NCBI GenBank assembly: GCA_964409935.1
Contig: CAYPFP010000001.1
Span: forward strand, 30,331-94,330
Source: an uncultured Planctomycetota bacterium
GTDB taxonomy: Bacteria; Planctomycetota; Brocadiia; JAADGH01; CAYPFP01
Direction: 5' to 3'
Length of the DNA stretch: 64,000 bases
A program made the translations under genes and the position numbers. Below, in pieces: positions 27,972 through 39,100 of the stretch; within the stretch, counting starts at the first letter, position 1; each line of letters starts with the position of its first letter. The notes beneath the pieces were generated by a model. The model made no database searches. It was not told the origin of the DNA and worked only from the letters and a program-made list of their open reading frames with translations.

Positions 27972-30900
27972 ATGAGCGCAAGGGCCAAGAAAACAAGGCT
28001 TTACCCCTGGATTCTCGGATGCCTCACCCTGCTGGGAATCACAGCGGTCGTTTACGGGCCGGCCCTCCTGCCTACGGAATGGGTCCGGGACCTAACGGCA
28101 ACGGTCATCCAGGACAAGGTATGCGAAGCCCTCAAGGAGAAGGTCAAGGTCAGCATTGACATCGTGGAGTGGCGCCGATGGAACCGCGTGCGCCTGCACA
28201 ATCTCGTCATATTGCGCCAGAGGCAGGGCGTCCAGGCGAAGGAACCTGACCGCCTCCTGACAATTTCGGACCTGAGCCTCCACCTCAGCCTGGGAGAGTT
28301 GTTCCGGAAGAAGCTCGTGGTGAGAAGTCTCAGGATACGGCGCCCCGTCCTCACGCTGGATCGGGAGCAGTTCGCCCGTCTCGAACTCAGGCCGCCTGCT
28401 CCTGAGGACCAGGGGCCGCTCACGTTGGCCGTGGAAGGCATGAACATCCGGCAGGCCATGCTCACCGTCACCGACGGCCCCGCCAGGTTGTTCCAGGCGT
28501 CCGGATTCAACCTGAGCGCCGAAGGCAAACAAGAGGAGCCGCTCAAGTACAGGATGTCATTCTACGTCAAGTCGCCGCCCTTCACCGGGCGCATTGACGC
28601 CAACGGCCAGTTGCTCGCCTATCCGGGCACGCCCCCCGGCCTGATTCTGGAAGGCCTGTCCCTTGCTTCCGCCGCTTTTAGCGCGCGGGCGACGGGCAAG
28701 ATGTCCTTCGGCGGCGGCGGACCGCAGCTCGATCTGCGCCTGAGCACACGGCTCCAGGCCGATGAAGTGAACAAGCTGTTCGCGCAAGCCGCGCGGCGAG
28801 TTGCACCGCCTCTCCGGTTTGCGGGTGTTCTGGCCTCCGAGTCCCGCATCAGCGGCCCGCTGACCGATCTGAAGATCGAGGGTTTCGTGGATTTTCCCCA
28901 GGGGACCGTACGAATCGGCGCTCTGAGCATTCCCTTCGGAGCCGAAAGCCGAGACATCAGTTACGCGTTCACGTTACGCGAGGACGAGTTGGAGGTCAGC
29001 CGCGTGCTCTGCCTGACGCCGGTCGGGAGTTTCTCGGCAACGGGGAAGGTTGCGGCGCTGAAGACCAAACCGCGGGTGTCGCTCGCGCTGGCGGGGCGCG
29101 ATATTGACACCGCGCTTCTGTACAGCAGGGCCTGCGAGGCGGCGAAGGCGCATCCGGGCGGATGGCAGGTCAAGGGCAAGATCAGCAGCGATCTGGCGCT
29201 GGCGGCCGAGGGAAAGCAGTGCTCCTTCGAGGGCCGCACGGACTTGGCCAGGCTCCACATCGTGGGCATGGGCGGGTTGGCCCTGAAGCCGGCCGACGCG
29301 CCCTGGGAACTGGTTCTCAAGGGGTCGGCGGACGACAAGGCGCTGCTCCTCAAGCCGGGCACCCGATTCCGGGGGGACATTTTCGACGTTGCCCTTTCGG
29401 GCGGCATAAGGTTTGAGGGCCGCGAGCCGAGCGTGGACCTCGCGGCTGAATCGAGGATGGACATGGGGCAGGCCGTCAACCGCTGGGGTCGCGCCTGTCT
29501 GGAATTGCCCGAGAGGCTCGACATCGCCGGCCAGGCGGCTACCGTCGCCAAGATCTCCGGCGCCCTGTCCAACCTGAATATCTCCTGGGTCAATGACGCC
29601 AGCCAGGTGGCGTGGTCGCTTGACGGCAAACCGCTGAAGGACGCCGGCCCAGCGGCCGGTTCCAGGTTCAGGGCGATGCTGGCCGGCGGGGCCATCACCA
29701 TTCAGCAGGGCGACTTCTATTCACAGTTCGGCAAGGCCAGTCTGACAGGTTCGGTTTCCGGGCTGGATGAAAAACCCGTGTTCGGCCTGAAGCTGTCCAG
29801 CGACCTGGACCTGAGCGCCGTCCAGCGCATACTGGCCCTGCACGGATACCGCCTGCCGCCGGACTGGAAGATCACCGGGAACCCGCGCCTGGCAAGCGCC
29901 ACCGTGCAAGGACCCGCCGAGAACGTGACGGTTCGCGCCGATGTGGACCTGAAGGACGTCAGCGTTTCGTGGCGGCAGGCGGAGATTTTCAAGCGGGGGG
30001 AGCCGTCGGATTTCAACTGGTCGCTCGCGGTGGAGCGCGGCCAGGTGCGGTTGAGGGAGGTATTCTTCCGGTCTCGCGGGGGAGAGTTGACCCTCGGCCC
30101 GGCGATCGTGGACGGCGGGACGGGACTGGCCGGCAGCGGTGTGCTCCGCGTGGACGAGTTGCGCCCCAGCATCATCGCGGCCCTGGGGTATGCCAGAGAC
30201 CTCGCTCTGGAATCGGATCTGCCGCCCAGCGTCGTGGCCCTGTTCAATGAAGCCCGCGACGACGTCAAGATCGGCGGCTCGGTGCGGTTCCCCAATCTGT
30301 CCATCCGGGAGACCGCGCAGGGGTTGCGGTTCCACGGCTCGGCCGACCTGACGCGCCTCGCCGTGTCGTACCGGGGTATCTGCCTCAAGGACGAGAAGGA
30401 TCAGGTCACGGCCGACCTGGACGCGACGGTCGGCGAGGCCGAGGTCGTCCTGGCCTCCGCAAACCTGAACTCCGCCATCGGCGCGACGCATCTGTCGGGG
30501 AAGGTGAGACTGGACCAGGCGCTTCCCCGCTTCGAACTGCGGCTCAAGACCAATGGCGACTTCCAGAAGCTTATCTCGTTCCTGCCCGTCGAGAAGGTCA
30601 AGGCCGATGCCGGGCTGAACCAGGCCTTGCGCGACCTGGGCGTGGATGTGGCCGAGATGGACGACAAGTTCGACGTGGCCGGCGTAATCTCCGCCGAGGC
30701 GCATCTTGAGGGGACTGCGCAGGGGGTATCGTGGGGGCTGGAAGCGGACCTCAGCGGGCTGGACGTCACCTACAGCGCCGCTTTCCGGAAGGGGGCCGAG
30801 GAGATGTGGCGTCTGCGGCTGGCCGGGCGCGCCAGTCCGAAGGTCTTCACGTTGTCCTCCGCCGTGGTCGAGGCGTCGGCGGGCAGGGCGGCCTTGGAGG

Positions 30901-32411
30901 GCGACGTGCGGGTGTCTCTGCCCCTGGTCTCGGGCAGAGACGTGAAACTCTCGCTGGGGGACCGCACGTTCGACGCGTCCTTCCAACTGAGCCATGTGCG
31001 TCCGGGGGGCTTCTGGCTGGACTTCATTCGTGTTCGTGAAGGGGAGCGGACGCTGGCCTGCGAAGGGCCGGTGGTGTGTGAGCCGGACGTCATTTCCGCC
31101 GAAGACGCGAGGATTCTCGTGAACAAGGAGGCGTTGCAGGTCAAGCTGCTTGCGAAAGACTACTACAGCAAGACGCCGGAGATCCGGCTTCGCGTGCGGG
31201 GAGCGACGCTGGACTTGAGGCCCTTCATACCGGCCCAACCGCCGCCGAAGGATGCCGCGGCGCAGCCCTCCAGGATTCGTTTTCCTGCGGGACTGCCGGA
31301 GCGGGTGTCCCGCTTCTTCGCACAGGCCAGGATAGACCTCAGCGTCTTCCTCGGCGAATTCGCGTTCCATTTCTACGACTCCGTGGACAAGAATCCCGGG
31401 GTCCGGGAGTATCTCACGCGCGGCGTGTCCCTTGAAGCGGTGAATGAGAAGGGGGTTCTCCGGGCCGAACTGGCCGTGGGCGTCAACGGCGGCATGGTGG
31501 ACGTGGTGGTCAACGGCGACTTCAACCAATCGCCGCCGACGATGCAGGAAGACTCCTGGGGCGCGAGCCTGGCGGCCAACGACAACCTCCGACCGTTCAT
31601 GAATCTCCTGTTCCCCAATCTGTACGTGGATAAGGAAATCTCCTTCCGCAGCAATCTCAAATGGCAGGGACTGACGCTGGAGGGTCTGGATACGACCCAG
31701 GCGGGGGAGTCCGTGTTTGAGATCAAGAAGGGACACATGATCGGCAAGGCCGCGCCGGAGTTCATTCTGAAGGTCTTCCCCAACCTGAATCTCTATGACT
31801 ACCGCTTCGATGACTGCAAGGTCGTCTGCAAGGCGCGGGGTCGGATATCGCGCAACAAGGTCACCTTCCTTGCCCCCACCTTCAACCTGTTCATGATCGG
31901 GCAGACCTGCAACGATACCAAGGACGTGGATTACATCGTCGGGGTGGACATGGTGGCCAACATGGGACTGGAGCCGGTTCGGGACCACATCCCCCGGTTC
32001 TGGCAGGACAGCGCCAAGATCACGATCGCCCGTTACCGGGGCCACATCCACGACCAGCACGTGGAATGGTTCGAGCCGAAACTGGACAACATGCGGGACA
32101 CCCTCGGCAAGCTGCTCCCCTTGCAGACGGTCAAGGTCCTGGCCAGTTCGGACAAGACGGCGGCCGACAAGGCAAAGTATTTCGGCAAGCGACTCGAACG
32201 TATCCTTCTGTTCCCCGTTTCGACCGCCAAACGGTTTGCCGGCGCGAAAAAGAAAGACAAGGAACCGCTGGAAAGGGCCGAGCCGCCGCCCATGGACCGC
32301 GAGAACAAGCCAGGCGCGGCGGCTCAGGACGATGCCGAACCCGTGAAGACCGAACCCGCCAAAGCTCCCGAACCAACAGGCAACGCGCATGAAATGGATA
32401 CCCGAAAGTAA
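27972..32411 (+). CDS. AsmA/TamB-like large envelope protein (1479 aa)
   Basis: N-terminal TM anchor LYPWILGCLTLLGITAVVYG; long beta-rich body with repeated G/S/L-rich segments typical of AsmA-like bridge proteins; Lys/Pro/Glu-rich C-terminal tail. Confidence 0.7.
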   Translation: MSARAKKTRLYPWILGCLTLLGITAVVYGPALLPTEWVRDLTATVIQDKVCEALKEKVKVSIDIVEWRRWNRVRLHNLVILRQRQGVQAKEPDRLLTISDLSLHLSLGELFRKKLVVRSLRIRRPVLTLDREQFARLELRPPAPEDQGPLTLAVEGMNIRQAMLTVTDGPARLFQASGFNLSAEGKQEEPLKYRMSFYVKSPPFTGRIDANGQLLAYPGTPPGLILEGLSLASAAFSARATGKMSFGGGGPQLDLRLSTRLQADEVNKLFAQAARRVAPPLRFAGVLASESRISGPLTDLKIEGFVDFPQGTVRIGALSIPFGAESRDISYAFTLREDELEVSRVLCLTPVGSFSATGKVAALKTKPRVSLALAGRDIDTALLYSRACEAAKAHPGGWQVKGKISSDLALAAEGKQCSFEGRTDLARLHIVGMGGLALKPADAPWELVLKGSADDKALLLKPGTRFRGDIFDVALSGGIRFEGREPSVDLAAESRMDMGQAVNRWGRACLELPERLDIAGQAATVAKISGALSNLNISWVNDASQVAWSLDGKPLKDAGPAAGSRFRAMLAGGAITIQQGDFYSQFGKASLTGSVSGLDEKPVFGLKLSSDLDLSAVQRILALHGYRLPPDWKITGNPRLASATVQGPAENVTVRADVDLKDVSVSWRQAEIFKRGEPSDFNWSLAVERGQVRLREVFFRSRGGELTLGPAIVDGGTGLAGSGVLRVDELRPSIIAALGYARDLALESDLPPSVVALFNEARDDVKIGGSVRFPNLSIRETAQGLRFHGSADLTRLAVSYRGICLKDEKDQVTADLDATVGEAEVVLASANLNSAIGATHLSGKVRLDQALPRFELRLKTNGDFQKLISFLPVEKVKADAGLNQALRDLGVDVAEMDDKFDVAGVISAEAHLEGTAQGVSWGLEADLSGLDVTYSAAFRKGAEEMWRLRLAGRASPKVFTLSSAVVEASAGRAALEGDVRVSLPLVSGRDVKLSLGDRTFDASFQLSHVRPGGFWLDFIRVREGERTLACEGPVVCEPDVISAEDARILVNKEALQVKLLAKDYYSKTPEIRLRVRGATLDLRPFIPAQPPPKDAAAQPSRIRFPAGLPERVSRFFAQARIDLSVFLGEFAFHFYDSVDKNPGVREYLTRGVSLEAVNEKGVLRAELAVGVNGGMVDVVVNGDFNQSPPTMQEDSWGASLAANDNLRPFMNLLFPNLYVDKEISFRSNLKWQGLTLEGLDTTQAGESVFEIKKGHMIGKAAPEFILKVFPNLNLYDYRFDDCKVVCKARGRISRNKVTFLAPTFNLFMIGQTCNDTKDVDYIVGVDMVANMGLEPVRDHIPRFWQDSAKITIARYRGHIHDQHVEWFEPKLDNMRDTLGKLLPLQTVKVLASSDKTAADKAKYFGKRLERILLFPVSTAKRFAGAKKKDKEPLERAEPPPMDRENKPGAAAQDDAEPVKTEPAKAPEPTGNAHEMDTRK

Positions 32412-33840
32412 AAAGTGGCGAGCGCTCCTCATCGTGACGGCGGCGTCGCTGGTGGGTCTATGCACGAGCGGATGGATTGTCAGTCTTCTGCTGGATCTGC
32501 CGAAGGCGCGCGAAGAGGCCGTCGCCGAGTTGAGCCGCAAGCTCCACCGCCAGGTCAAGATCGGGCGGCTATCGGTCGGCTTTTTCAGCGCCTCGCTGAG
32601 CGACGTCTCTGTGGCCGACCGCGAAGGCTTCGGGGACGAGCCTTTCGTGACGCTTCGCTCCGCCAAGGCCTCCGTACACCCGCTCAAGCTCCTTCAGGGG
32701 CGGCTGGTCATCGAGCACATCAAGGCGCAGAAGCCCGTGGTCGTGATCAAGCGGGATGCCCAGGGAGAGTTGAACGTCTCGGACTTCCTGCGTCTCGACA
32801 AGTCCGCCAGGAAAACGGCAGACGCGCCGGCCTCCCCCAAGAAGACAAAGCCCGACACAGACCTTGTCAGCCTGGAGAAGGTGGATATCGCCAAGGTCAT
32901 ATTGTCCCACGCCACCGTTAAACTGGTGGAGATGTCCGGCGAGAATCGAACGGTTTTCAAGGGTCTCAGTGTGCGCTGCGAGGGCGACCTCAGCGGCGAC
33001 CCCATCAAGGTCCGGCAGGCGCGCATCGGCTTCCAGAAGCTGGCCATCCAGATTCGGGGCGACGTGTCCCGCGACGCCAAACGCGGATGGGTTGCGATCC
33101 AGGTCGCCGATGTGGACCTCATGAGCTTCAAACCCTACCTGCCTTTCCTCTCGGGTTTTGAGACGGGGAGGTGGGTGCTCCAGGACATCTCGCTCAAGGG
33201 GCGGCTCAGGGACGCCGTCCTGGAGATTGAGAACTTCTCGTGCCGTCCCAGCGGGGGAAAAATGACGGCGGCCGGGAAAATATGGATGGAGGACGGCAAG
33301 CCGGCCTTCCAGGCGGACGCGAAGGTGGAGGATTTCCAGCTTGAGCCTATGCTGTGGCAGACGCGGGCGGACAAGGTTTCCTTCGGGGGCGTGCTGGACG
33401 GGAGCTGTTCCCTGACGGGGAAGGGACTGAGCTGGGCCGACCTGGCCCAGGAACTTCTGGGCAGCGCCGAACTGCGCGTGAATCAGGGCCGATTCCAGAA
33501 CAAGATCTTCCTCAAAATCGGGGAAGAGATCAGAAAGATCGTGGGGATGCGCGCCTTCGACGAGTATCGCGCGGGGCATGCGCACGGCCGGTTTGAGATC
33601 GGGCAGGGCAGGATCAGCAGCAGCGACCTGCGTTTCGACTCCAAGACCCTCTTCGACGTCTATCTGACCGGCGCGGGTTACGTGGCCTTCGACGGCGAAC
33701 TGCGCATGTCCAAGGTGACGGTGCGTCTGGGGGATGAACGGGAATCCGTCGAGATACCGATCAAGATCAGAGGGACCGTCAACAAGCCCAAAGTGGATTT
33801 CGAGTTCAAGGCCCTGAAGAAGGCCTTGATCGGGGGGTAG
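32389..33840 (+). CDS. AsmA family protein (483 aa)
   Basis: N-terminal TM LLIVTAASLVGLCTSGWIVSLLL; AsmA N-domain pattern KIGRLSVGFFSASLSDVSVADREGFGDEPFVTLRSAKASVHPLKLLQGRLVIEHIKAQKPVVVIKRDAQGELN; overlaps the upstream gene by 23 nt. Confidence 0.8.
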   Translation: MKWIPESKKWRALLIVTAASLVGLCTSGWIVSLLLDLPKAREEAVAELSRKLHRQVKIGRLSVGFFSASLSDVSVADREGFGDEPFVTLRSAKASVHPLKLLQGRLVIEHIKAQKPVVVIKRDAQGELNVSDFLRLDKSARKTADAPASPKKTKPDTDLVSLEKVDIAKVILSHATVKLVEMSGENRTVFKGLSVRCEGDLSGDPIKVRQARIGFQKLAIQIRGDVSRDAKRGWVAIQVADVDLMSFKPYLPFLSGFETGRWVLQDISLKGRLRDAVLEIENFSCRPSGGKMTAAGKIWMEDGKPAFQADAKVEDFQLEPMLWQTRADKVSFGGVLDGSCSLTGKGLSWADLAQELLGSAELRVNQGRFQNKIFLKIGEEIRKIVGMRAFDEYRAGHAHGRFEIGQGRISSSDLRFDSKTLFDVYLTGAGYVAFDGELRMSKVTVRLGDERESVEIPIKIRGTVNKPKVDFEFKALKKALIGG

Positions 33841-33996
33841 CCGGCCGCGCCGGGAAGTTTGCGCCGCGGCAACACAGGTTTTTGACTTTACAGGGCAAGG
33901 TTGGTATACTATTGCGAAGTTGGTCCCTCTTGGGAACGCAATTGGAAGATTGCGTCCCAAAGGGTATTCCGTTTTCATGCATGAGGGCCTGGGAAA

Positions 33997-35934
33997 ATGT
34001 GCTTAAGCGGAAGATTCATCTGGGTCGGCGTTGTCGTTTCCCTGCTGAGTTTGCCTGCTGTGCCAGGTCGCGCCGACAATATTTATCTGAAAGACGGTAC
34101 GACGAAAGAAGGAACGATCGTGGAGGAAACGGATGAGAAGATCATCCTGGAGATGACCATTCGCGGGATCAAGGCCTCCCTTCACATCCCGATGGAGGAG
34201 ATTGAGCGCATAGAACGCACCCGTTCCAAGAAGGAGGCCCTCGCCGACCAGGAGAAGAGCATCCAGGCCGACGACGCGCAAGGCTGGCTCAAGCTGGGGA
34301 TGAAGTACAAGGCCCTTGACCTGGGCGAGGATGCCCGCCGGTGTTTCGAGAAGGCGTTGAGGGCCGACCCCCAGAACGAAGCGGCCAGCCGGGAGCTTAG
34401 CGGCATCAAGGTCGCCGGGCGGTCCGCCGATGTGGACATGACCATCAGGAAGGGCGCCGACCTGGTCGAGGCCAAGGAGTACGCAAAGGCCGTCGAGATC
34501 CTGGAACCGCTGTTGAGCCAGAGCACCACGGCCGTCAACAGTCTTCAGCGCAAGGACGTTCTGACATCCCTCATCAGGTGCTACGAGTGCAAAGGCGAAT
34601 GGGCCAAGGCGCAGGACGCCTGGGACAAGCTGCTGAAGTGCCCCACGGTCAACAAGGGCGAGGTGGCGGTCGTCCGCGTGAAGCAGCGCATTCTCAGGGA
34701 GAACCCGGACGGCATGATTGACCTGACGGCGGTGGACGCCAACCGGAAAAAGGCCCAGGCCGGTCTGAAACTGGAAGACATCCCCGGGCAGCTCGTGAAG
34801 GCCCCGATCGAGATCGCTTCGGTTCCCGTGAAGGTCGGGGCCGAACTGCTCAAAGGAAAGCCGCAGCCGAAGTCGGCAAAAGACCACAAACCCAAGGAAG
34901 AGAAAAAGCCCGACACCTCGACGGGCAAACAGCCTCTTTCGGATCCGAAGATAATGGAACTCGTTCTGCGCGCCGAGGCCGAGACCATTCTGGTGGACGC
35001 CCAGAAGACGATGGAGAAGGCCGATGCGCAGGCCCAGTCCGACAAGATCTGGGAGTTTACGCTCTTCCCTCAGATCGCCAATTGGGCCAGCGGCAGCCGC
35101 CCCAAGCAGCCCGTCATCCGCAGCAGTCCGGCCGACAAGCTTTACGAGCAGGCCGCCGACGCCGCCAGCGATGGCGACCTTCTGATCGCGGGCATATCGG
35201 CGCCGCTTCGCCTGAAGATCGCGCAGAAGCGCGCGGCCCTCCTCGACGAGTTCATCGAGAAGACGCGCAAGGAGGTCGAGGGGCACTCGTACTACATGCC
35301 GTCTCCGCCCCCCAACACGCCGCCCGCCCAGGTCCAGGCCATGTTGCAGCAACAAAACATTCGCATCCAAACCCTCAATATCACCATGGACCAGGCCAAC
35401 AAGTACCTCGATCTGCTGCAGCGGCTCGACGCGCTGCAGGCGAGGAAGATCGAGTTCCTCGAGCCGTTCTCCGACATGATCCTTCCCCAGGTGGAGAAGG
35501 TGCAGAAGGATCGCGAGCAGATCGTGGAAATCCGGCGGAAAGGGGAGAAGATCAACGAACTGGCCGAAGCCATCAAGGAGAATGAGAGGCTGGAAGCCCT
35601 GCTCCAGGAGTTCAACGTGAAGGCCCGCGCCAACCAGCCCCGGAATTTCGAAGACCAGATGGGATTCGAGAAATACGTCAGTGCGGACGGCCTCTACAGG
35701 TTCAAGGACAACGGCCGCAAGTGGCGCGCGCAGACGGACGTCTGCATCGGGTATTGCGAGAAGGCGATGGAAACCGGCCGAAAGCGGATCGCCCTGCTGC
35801 GCAAGTTCCCGGATCGCCCATCGTTCGCGCGGGACGTGGACACCACCAAGAGCGTGATGGTGCAGATTTATCAGCTCCAACAGGGCGTCTTGATGGAACG
35901 CGAACGCAAGGGGCGTCCTTCGCGTTACTATTGA
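33997..35934 (+). CDS. secreted TPR/coiled-coil protein
   Basis: Signal peptide MCLSGRFIWVGVVVSLLSLPAVPGRA; TPR-like GWLKLGMKYKALDLGEDARRCFEKALRADPQNEAA; Lys/Glu-rich coiled segments. Confidence 0.55.
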   Translation: MCLSGRFIWVGVVVSLLSLPAVPGRADNIYLKDGTTKEGTIVEETDEKIILEMTIRGIKASLHIPMEEIERIERTRSKKEALADQEKSIQADDAQGWLKLGMKYKALDLGEDARRCFEKALRADPQNEAASRELSGIKVAGRSADVDMTIRKGADLVEAKEYAKAVEILEPLLSQSTTAVNSLQRKDVLTSLIRCYECKGEWAKAQDAWDKLLKCPTVNKGEVAVVRVKQRILRENPDGMIDLTAVDANRKKAQAGLKLEDIPGQLVKAPIEIASVPVKVGAELLKGKPQPKSAKDHKPKEEKKPDTSTGKQPLSDPKIMELVLRAEAETILVDAQKTMEKADAQAQSDKIWEFTLFPQIANWASGSRPKQPVIRSSPADKLYEQAADAASDGDLLIAGISAPLRLKIAQKRAALLDEFIEKTRKEVEGHSYYMPSPPPNTPPAQVQAMLQQQNIRIQTLNITMDQANKYLDLLQRLDALQARKIEFLEPFSDMILPQVEKVQKDREQIVEIRRKGEKINELAEAIKENERLEALLQEFNVKARANQPRNFEDQMGFEKYVSADGLYRFKDNGRKWRAQTDVCIGYCEKAMETGRKRIALLRKFPDRPSFARDVDTTKSVMVQIYQLQQGVLMERERKGRPSRYY

Positions 35935-36193
35935 GCCTCTCGTTGCGTTTGAGATTGTGTGAGACCCCTTGGTGCGGCCGCCCCCCGCGGGGGCATCCGC
36001 CGGGGCCTCAGCAGGGCCGTCGCTCGCAGCGGGGGATACGGACTCCCGCAAGAAACGGTTTCCTCACACGTCCTGAGGGAGCCTGGGTCGCGAAGCCGTC
36101 TCCTTCCTCCCGGAGATCCGTGCAATATCTCCGCCCCCGAGTTTGCCCCCGCCATGAGGCAAGCGGTCTCTCGGGGCGCGGGGAGGTTTGGTT

Positions 36194-39100
36194 ATGAAAC
36201 GACTCCTGGTCCGAAAGAGGGTATGGCTCCCGCTCCTCTTTATCCTGACGGCGGGCTTGGGCGGTCCCTACCTGGCGCTCCGGCTCTTCGTAAATCCCGA
36301 AGAGATCAAGGCGACGGTGGAGCGCATGCTCAGCGAGCAGTTCGGCGGGCGCGCCCGAGTCGAACGCGTCAAGATCGGCGTCTTTCACGGGGTCGAATTG
36401 CGGGGCGTATCCGTCAGCAAGTCCGACGCCAAGGGCCTGGCGCCTTTCTTGCAGGTCAAGTCGCTCTGGCTCAAGAACTACCTCAAACCGCTGCTGAGGG
36501 GGAGATTCGTCATAGAGGAGGTGGACATTGACCAGCCCACCGTCTTTCTGACGCGCAATGCCGACGGAAGGTGGAACATCCAACAGACAACCGGGGAACC
36601 TTCCGGCGGCGGAGGCATGGCCGCTTCGGGACCGTCCGCCCTGGCCTCCCTATCCGTTCACGACGCCACCATCGAGATACGAGACCAGTACGCCGGCCAG
36701 AACTTCCCCAGTATGCGCATCCTCGGCGTCAATTTCAGCGCGATCAGCCGCGAGCCGGGGAATCTTCCTTTCACGATTACCGGCCGCATCGCCAGTTCCA
36801 TTCTCGGTCAATGCCTGGTCTCCGGTTCCCTCGACCTGGACAACGGCGTCTTCAATCTCAGCCTTTCGCGCAAGGGACTCGTCCTGGACGACGAACTTGC
36901 CAAGAACCTGCGGACGTTCCGGCCCGATCTGTTCAGGGTCCTCGGCGGCTGGCGCGGCTTGATGGACCTGCGGTTCAACCTGACCTATGACCTCATCGGC
37001 TCCGGCGGCGTCAAGTACAGGCTGATGGCCAAACTCCTGGGCGACAGCCTGACGGTCAAGGGGCTTCCGTATTCCTTTCAGAGCATCTACGGGGCCGTGA
37101 CGCTCACGGACGAGAAGCTGGTGGTGCAGAACGTGCGCGGGAGATGGGGTTCGACGCGTTTCGTGGTTGACGGCGCTCTGCCCCTGGCCAACCCCGCCGG
37201 CCGGCCGGGCATAACGGTGTCGCTCCTCAATGTTCCGCTGGACCCCCGCCTGGCCGCCCTGGCCGGGAAGGAGGTCTCGGAAGCCTGGAAAGAGTTCAAG
37301 CCCACCGGCCAGTTCGACGTTCTGTGCAGGCTCGACGGCTGCCTGTACGCGATCCGCGATCTGCGGTACCGCGCTTCCATCTTCCTCAAGGAGTGCGGTT
37401 TCTCGCATCAGCGGCTCGATGTGCCCATCGAGCGCATCAACGGCCAGATTGATGTGACACGCGAGCGCCTCCACGTGCGGCGCATGACGGCTTTGTGGAG
37501 GGGCATTCAGATCGAGATGCCGCCGGCGTCCACGCAACTGTCGGCCGATGCGCCGGTGGACTTCGTCCTTCGCCTCGCCAGCCTCCCGCTCGACGAAAAG
37601 CTCAAGGCCCTCCTGCCGCCCGACCATCGGGCCTCGTGGGACCAGTTCAGCCCGAAAGGCGTCGTCAACGCGGCCATCCACGTCCGGCGCAAGGCAGGCG
37701 CCGCCAGTCCTTTTGAGGCCACGGTGGCGCTGACCTGCGTGAAGGACTGCGAGTTCACCTACAAACAGTTTCCCCGGACCCTCCGGAACGTGCAAGGCGT
37801 GGTCGAGTTCCGGTCCGACGGCGTGGCCTTCCGCGGCGTGAAGGGGAGCGTGGGGGCCGGGAAAGTGGAGTTCGTGGACACCGTGATCCCGTTCGATCCT
37901 TGCGCCAGCTTCAACTTCGAGTTCACGGCCGCCGACATCGAGTTCGACCGGGAGTTGTACGACGCCCTCAGTCCTGAACTGAAGGCCGTCTACGACCGCA
38001 TCAACCCCTCCGGCCGCTTCGACCTGGAATGGCACCAGGAGCGCCGGCGCGGGCCGAACGCCAGGACGATCCACGACGTCGTCGTTCGCCCGCGAGGCGC
38101 CGCCGTTCTCATCAAGGACGTGCCGTATCCTCTGAACAACCTTCAGGGGACGATCCTCTATGACGGTGAAAGGATTTCGTTGGACAAACTGACGGCCCAG
38201 AACGGCCCGGCGCGCGTCGCCGTCGAGGGGCGGGTGCCGCGGTCTTCCTCCAGCGGCACCCTTCACGTTCGGGTCGCCGGCCGGAACATCCCCCTGGACG
38301 ACTCCGTGCAGAACGTCCTTCCCGAGGGCTATCAGGGGCTTTGGGGCAAGATCGAGCCGCAGGGCGCCATCCATTTCTCTCTGGAACTCAACGAGGGCAT
38401 TGACGAACTGGGCAAACCGCTTGTGCGCTACACCGTGCCGGAGCTGCGCCTCCTGAACTGCGCGGTCAGGCCGAAGGTCCCCGTGACCGGCATTCGCGGA
38501 TTGGTCAAGTTCACGGGCGAGATTCGGGAAGACCCCAGGAACTCCTGGGCCTCCGGCGAAGTGGTTCTCGACGAGGCCGTGATCGAGGGGAAGAAGTATG
38601 ACAGCGTGAACGCAACTTTCCACAACGAGCGCGACCTCATGACCTTCCCCTACATTGAGGCCCGTTGTTACGGCGGGAAAGTGGTGGGCGAACTCAAGGT
38701 GAACAAAGGCGCAAGCGTTGACAGCTCGGGCTACGAAGCCTTCTTTCGCGCGGAGAACGTCAGCGCCAGGCAAATCTGCGAGTCCGCCGGCGTCGCTCTC
38801 AAGAGCGTGGACGGCGCGATCTTCGCCGATTTCCGGGCCGAGGCCAGGTCGTGGAAGGCCGAGGACCTGAACGCCGACGGCTCTTTCCGCATATCGCAGG
38901 GGCATCTCGGCGACCTGGTCTCCATGATGGGCGTGACCGAGAAACTGAACACCGGTCCCGCCAAACCCGCGTTCACGGATGTGGATTTTGACTATATCAT
39001 CGCGGAGAACGAGGCGGTCATTGAGAAAGCTCGGCTGATCGGTCCCTCCATTAACCTGAAGGGGGAAGGCAAGATCGGCCTCGACGGCAACCTTTCGCTC